A stretch of 28,922 nt of DNA, from IMG/VR virus record IMGVR_UViG_3300032330_001540, positions 1-28,922 of that record; one strand, written 5' to 3'. The notes below the pieces were generated by a model. It saw only the letters and a program-made list of their open reading frames with translations, ran no database searches and was not told the origin of the DNA. This document shows, one piece after another, positions 25,374 through 28,922 of this stretch (position 1 is the stretch's first letter; each line of letters opens with the position of its first letter). This DNA comes from a virus (Duplodnaviria; Caudoviricetes). A program made the position numbers and the translations under genes.

Positions 25374-26684
25374 TTAAATTCTAGGGGTATGTGTCTGGGT
25401 TTCAAGCCAGTGCAGCAACTCTTGGCTGAATTCAGTCCAGCTGGTGGATTCCATATATGGTTTTCTAAACTGCAAGTATTTTTTAAAGAATGTGCCGTAT
25501 GCTGTTTGTTTTACTTGAGTTAAAGCGGTACCTATGTTTTGTTTGAGTTCAGCTAAAACGCCGGTTAAGAATTTTTCAGAAAAGAAAACATTTTTGTTGT
25601 GTGCTGCTATTGAATTACAGCCTTGTAAAAAATTGTGTTTTTCAACAGTATTCAAACTGCTGATTCTTTTCATTTCATGTACAATAGCTGTCAGCCGATG
25701 TTTACTGTCGATTATGTCATCATAAGTTTCGTCAATCCAGGGATCAAAGGTTTGAAAACCATAAGATCTTAGATATTTTAAACTACCCGGAGTAGATGCT
25801 AATATAAATGGCTGCCCACAAGCAATAGGTCTAAAAATCTTTTCTGTTAGCTGCCATCTAATGTCATCAAACAATGTTTCAAGCACCACTTCTATGTGTG
25901 ATGAATTGTAGTCATTAACCGCATAGTCTGCGCTGGCAGTTGCATCATAGGTATTGAGTTCAAAATGTGATTCTAAATTTTTTTGTTTGATAGCAAAATC
26001 TTTATTAACAAATGCATGATTTAAGTAATGACTATTATCACACCAAGGTTGAAAACTGGTCAAACAGTCATCTACAACACCATGGTCAATTAAAAGTTCA
26101 ACAAATTTAAGCCTGTACTCTCTTGTGCCAGACCATGCTCTGTTATAGATTAAAAAGTCTTTGGTATTGGTGTGTTTTTTAAATCCTGGATCAATTTCAG
26201 CATATCTAAACCAATCTCTAGCAATGCTGGCGTGACTAAACCAATACGCTGGTTCAAATCCAGAAGAACTATATTTTTCAACTTCGGTAGAATTTTTTTC
26301 AGAGTGTAGTAAAATGACTTTGTCAAACACTTGTAACCACGAGTTTAATCTCATTTTTAGATTCATATCCCCAAAAATGTTTTTAAATTGGGCTAAATCT
26401 TCTGGTTTTAATAAACTTAGTAATCTTTTTCTTGTAGCACTATCAAAATAACAATCTAGCAAATTTGGATCTTGATACAGTGCATAGTTTAACGGTTCCT
26501 GGTCATAACAAATCATGTATGGAGTTGTGTGGTCCCATAACATATTACCGGAATCAGGGTAGTCAGTGAGAATTTTTAGGTCAGTCAGTTTTTTACTGCC
26601 GTGAGGCAAAAACCTATAAATTATGATACTGCTATCGAATAATTTATCGATGTACTCGTAAGTTTTATCTAAAGGAATTGTCAT
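25374..26684 (-). CDS. Hypothetical protein, possibly glycosyltransferase-like
   Basis: 436-aa AT-rich ORF; VVLETLF...LTEKIFRPIACGQPFI...YLRSYGFQTF resembles GT10-like C-terminal motifs; function tentative. Confidence 0.6.
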   Translation of the reverse strand: MTIPLDKTYEYIDKLFDSSIIIYRFLPHGSKKLTDLKILTDYPDSGNMLWDHTTPYMICYDQEPLNYALYQDPNLLDCYFDSATRKRLLSLLKPEDLAQFKNIFGDMNLKMRLNSWLQVFDKVILLHSEKNSTEVEKYSSSGFEPAYWFSHASIARDWFRYAEIDPGFKKHTNTKDFLIYNRAWSGTREYRLKFVELLIDHGVVDDCLTSFQPWCDNSHYLNHAFVNKDFAIKQKNLESHFELNTYDATASADYAVNDYNSSHIEVVLETLFDDIRWQLTEKIFRPIACGQPFILASTPGSLKYLRSYGFQTFDPWIDETYDDIIDSKHRLTAIVHEMKRISSLNTVEKHNFLQGCNSIAAHNKNVFFSEKFLTGVLAELKQNIGTALTQVKQTAYGTFFKKYLQFRKPYMESTSWTEFSQELLHWLETQTHTPRI

Positions 26685-27921
26685 GAAAAAAATTGGTTTT
26701 ATTGGGCTAGGTAAATTGGGTTTGGACTGTGCTGAAGTGTTTGCTCAGCACTATGATGTGCGCGGTTACGATATTTACCCACGCACCAGTGACTCAGTGA
26801 AAGTTTGCACCATTGAAGAAACAGTGGATCAAAGCGAGTGGATCTTTATTGCTGTGCCCACTCCACACGCAGAAGGCTATGACGGATCAGTTCCCAGCAG
26901 TCACATGGAGCCCTGTGATTTTGGACACGATGCAGTGAAAGATGCCTTGGTCCAGATTAACAAGTACGCTCAATCACCCAAAAAGGTTGTGTTGATTAGT
27001 ACAGTGCTGCCTGGAACCACTCGCAGACATTTTGCCACACTGTTGAACCGGCAACATCAGTTCCTTTACAACCCATACTTGATTGCCATGGGTTCGGTCA
27101 AGTGGGATATGGTAAATCCAGAAATGGTCATGATTGGCACCGAAACTGGTGACCCCAAGGAAATGCAAGAACTGGTAGATATCTATCGTGCAATGATGGC
27201 CAACAACCCACGCTATGTCACAGGTACCTGGGACGAGTGCGAAGCCATCAAGATCTTCTACAACACATTCATCTCGGCCAAGGTAGGCTTGGTCAACATG
27301 ATTCAGGACTTTGCGCTGCGTATTGGCAACATCAATGTGGATGTTGTGACAGATGCCTTGGCACAAAGCACCATGCGTATCATGGGACCCAAGTACATGA
27401 CAGCAGGCATGGGCGACGCAGGTGCTTGCCATCCGCGTGACAACATTGCCCTGCGTTGGTTGGCTGAAGAATATGACATTGGTTATGACCTGTTTGACAC
27501 CATCATGCACGCCAGAGAAATTCAAGCAGAAAACCTAGCCAACTTCTTGATCGAGCAAAAAGCCAACTCAGACATGCCCATTGTGATTCACGGCAAGGCC
27601 TACAAGCCCGATGTTCCCTACTGCATTGGATCATACTCAACCTTGATCGGTCACTACTTGGAACAGCAGTGTCAAGAGTATTACTATGTGGATCCCTTGG
27701 CTGACAATTCGGAGCGTGTGATTGAAAGCCTGGGTCGCCCTGCTGTGGTGCTGATGGCACACAATCGTCACATCACTTATGGCTACACCGGTGACAGTGC
27801 ACAGGATCATTTCTACTGCGAAATCGAACCCGGATCAGTGATTGTAGATCCATGGCGCAAGTTGCCCAAGGACATGTCAGGCATGACAGTGATCCACTAT
27901 GGCAATACACGCCGTCCGTAA
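26683..27921 (+). CDS. UDP-glucose/GDP-mannose 6-dehydrogenase family protein
   Basis: IGFIGLGKLG Rossmann motif, FIAVPTP, STVLPGT, EAIKIFYNTF, GACHPRD catalytic Cys, AYKP. Confidence 0.9.
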   Translation: MKKIGFIGLGKLGLDCAEVFAQHYDVRGYDIYPRTSDSVKVCTIEETVDQSEWIFIAVPTPHAEGYDGSVPSSHMEPCDFGHDAVKDALVQINKYAQSPKKVVLISTVLPGTTRRHFATLLNRQHQFLYNPYLIAMGSVKWDMVNPEMVMIGTETGDPKEMQELVDIYRAMMANNPRYVTGTWDECEAIKIFYNTFISAKVGLVNMIQDFALRIGNINVDVVTDALAQSTMRIMGPKYMTAGMGDAGACHPRDNIALRWLAEEYDIGYDLFDTIMHAREIQAENLANFLIEQKANSDMPIVIHGKAYKPDVPYCIGSYSTLIGHYLEQQCQEYYYVDPLADNSERVIESLGRPAVVLMAHNRHITYGYTGDSAQDHFYCEIEPGSVIVDPWRKLPKDMSGMTVIHYGNTRRP

Positions 27922-28417
27922 GTATAGAATTGAGCCTTTTTGGAATCAGGAATTCCGTTGGCTGGAGTACGAGAACGAACAGTTCAATGACCCAGCCAAT
28001 CTCACCTTCTGGAACAACTTAGGATTTCCTGGCCGTTACACTGGCGACATGTGTGACATGCGTCGACCACAACCCAGTTGGAATTCACAGATAGTTGAAT
28101 TTTTTAGACAACAGGGTTGGCAGGATGTGGGCACCAGTTACTATCGCATGATGCCCGGAACCATACTGCCCACACACTCAGATCTTTACCTGCGCTACAT
28201 CGATCTGTTTCAATTGCAAGGTCGCGAATCTACCATACACCGTGCCATAGTGTTTTTAGAAGATTGGCAACCTGGACACTATGCTGAATACTGTGACGAA
28301 CCTTTTGTTAAATGGCGTAGAGGCGATGTAGTAGACTGGCAGTATGACACCCCACACATGGCAGCCAACATGGGTATGGCACCCAGATACACCTTACAAG
28401 TCACCGGACACTTATGA
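27899..28417 (+). CDS. 2OG-Fe(II)/cupin-fold oxygenase
   Basis: MMPGTILPTHSD (HxD), PHMAANMG (distal His), RYTLQVTG. Confidence 0.75.
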   Translation: MAIHAVRKYRIEPFWNQEFRWLEYENEQFNDPANLTFWNNLGFPGRYTGDMCDMRRPQPSWNSQIVEFFRQQGWQDVGTSYYRMMPGTILPTHSDLYLRYIDLFQLQGRESTIHRAIVFLEDWQPGHYAEYCDEPFVKWRRGDVVDWQYDTPHMAANMGMAPRYTLQVTGHL

Positions 28418-28922
28418 TCAACAGCACCAACGAGTGGGACACACTCAAAGAAATAGTAGTGGGCAGTGCCAAGAACGCCAACTGGCCCAGTTCTGATCCG
28501 GTGTTTGCTCGAGAGAGTGAGAAAACCACTTGGACCGAAACACCAGTACCCGCAGGCCCGGTGCCGCGTCGTATCGTCGATGAAACCGAAGAAGATTTGT
28601 TCAGTCTCATGGAAGTGTTGCTGCAAGCACGAGTCACTGTGCAACGACCAAGACCCTTGGACTTTGTTGGCCGTGGTGGCATGTACAACTACTGTCCAAG
28701 AGATCGACTGCTCGTAGCTGGTGACACTGTGGTGGACTGTGCCATGATGTACCCCTGCAGAGACATGGAGATCGAAGCCTTGTCAGGTGTGACCAGTATA
28801 GCAGATCGAATAATTCACATGCCCAGAGATCAAGGCATGGTGTTAGATGCGGCCAACATTTGCAGGCTAGGCGACACTTGGTTGTTTTTGGAAAGTTGGA
28901 GTGGCAATCGTGCTGCCTATGA
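28414..28922 (+). CDS. Amidinotransferase (glycine/inosamine-phosphate family), 3' truncated
   Basis: Hand-translated, absent from the ORF track: MINSTNEWDTLKEIVVG...MYNYCPRDRLLV...LDAANICRLG; open to the window end. Confidence 0.88.
   Translation, partial: MINSTNEWDTLKEIVVGSAKNANWPSSDPVFARESEKTTWTETPVPAGPVPRRIVDETEEDLFSLMEVLLQARVTVQRPRPLDFVGRGGMYNYCPRDRLLVAGDTVVDCAMMYPCRDMEIEALSGVTSIADRIIHMPRDQGMVLDAANICRLGDTWLFLESWSGNRAAY

Noticed and set aside
166-28717. Many short antisense or alternate-frame ORFs in the track (e.g. 536..847, 20989..21516, 26974..27525)
   Set aside because: Fully nested in well-supported genes, with no motifs or translation signals
1-28922. Stop-codon reassignment as seen in some large phages
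   Set aside because: TAG, TGA and TAA all end full-length conserved genes (hsp20, clpS, pstS with TAG; nrdA, ligase with TGA; nrdB with TAA)
1-28922. tRNA, rRNA, integrase or IS elements
   Set aside because: Intergenic gaps are short and show no cloverleaf or T-loop motifs; no transposase or recombinase signature seen

Overview
A gene-dense segment of a large T4-like or jumbo dsDNA bacteriophage in the standard genetic code, probably infecting an aquatic proteobacterium (host is inferred). Left to right: class Ia ribonucleotide reductase (nrdA, nrdB, glutaredoxin) with two homing endonucleases and an inserted class V aminotransferase; a PAAR spike with two putative virion proteins; ATP-dependent DNA ligase; a translation/proteostasis block (bS21, Hsp20 with a ROSE-like RNA thermometer, ClpS); a curli/type VIII secretion-like cluster (CsgF, CsgG, two curlin-repeat proteins, a FecR-domain protein); a phosphate-stress block (Pho box, PstS, PlcP-like phosphoesterase, Agt-like GT4); a CHASE2 class III adenylate cyclase; and sugar/modification enzymes (UDP-glucose dehydrogenase, 2OG-Fe oxygenase, amidinotransferase). 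The best candidate for an undescribed system is a phage-encoded cAMP circuit controlling curli-like amyloid. It would comprise the CHASE2 cyclase, a stand-alone non-catalytic copy of that cyclase's C-terminal domain, a divergent metallophosphoesterase, the FecR protein, and tandem TGTTA-N6-TAACA (CRP/Clr-type) palindromes directly upstream of the curlin gene. Several genes also appear to be leaderless, with TAAATA 4-6 nt before the ATG. All calls come from reading motifs by eye; no searches were run.
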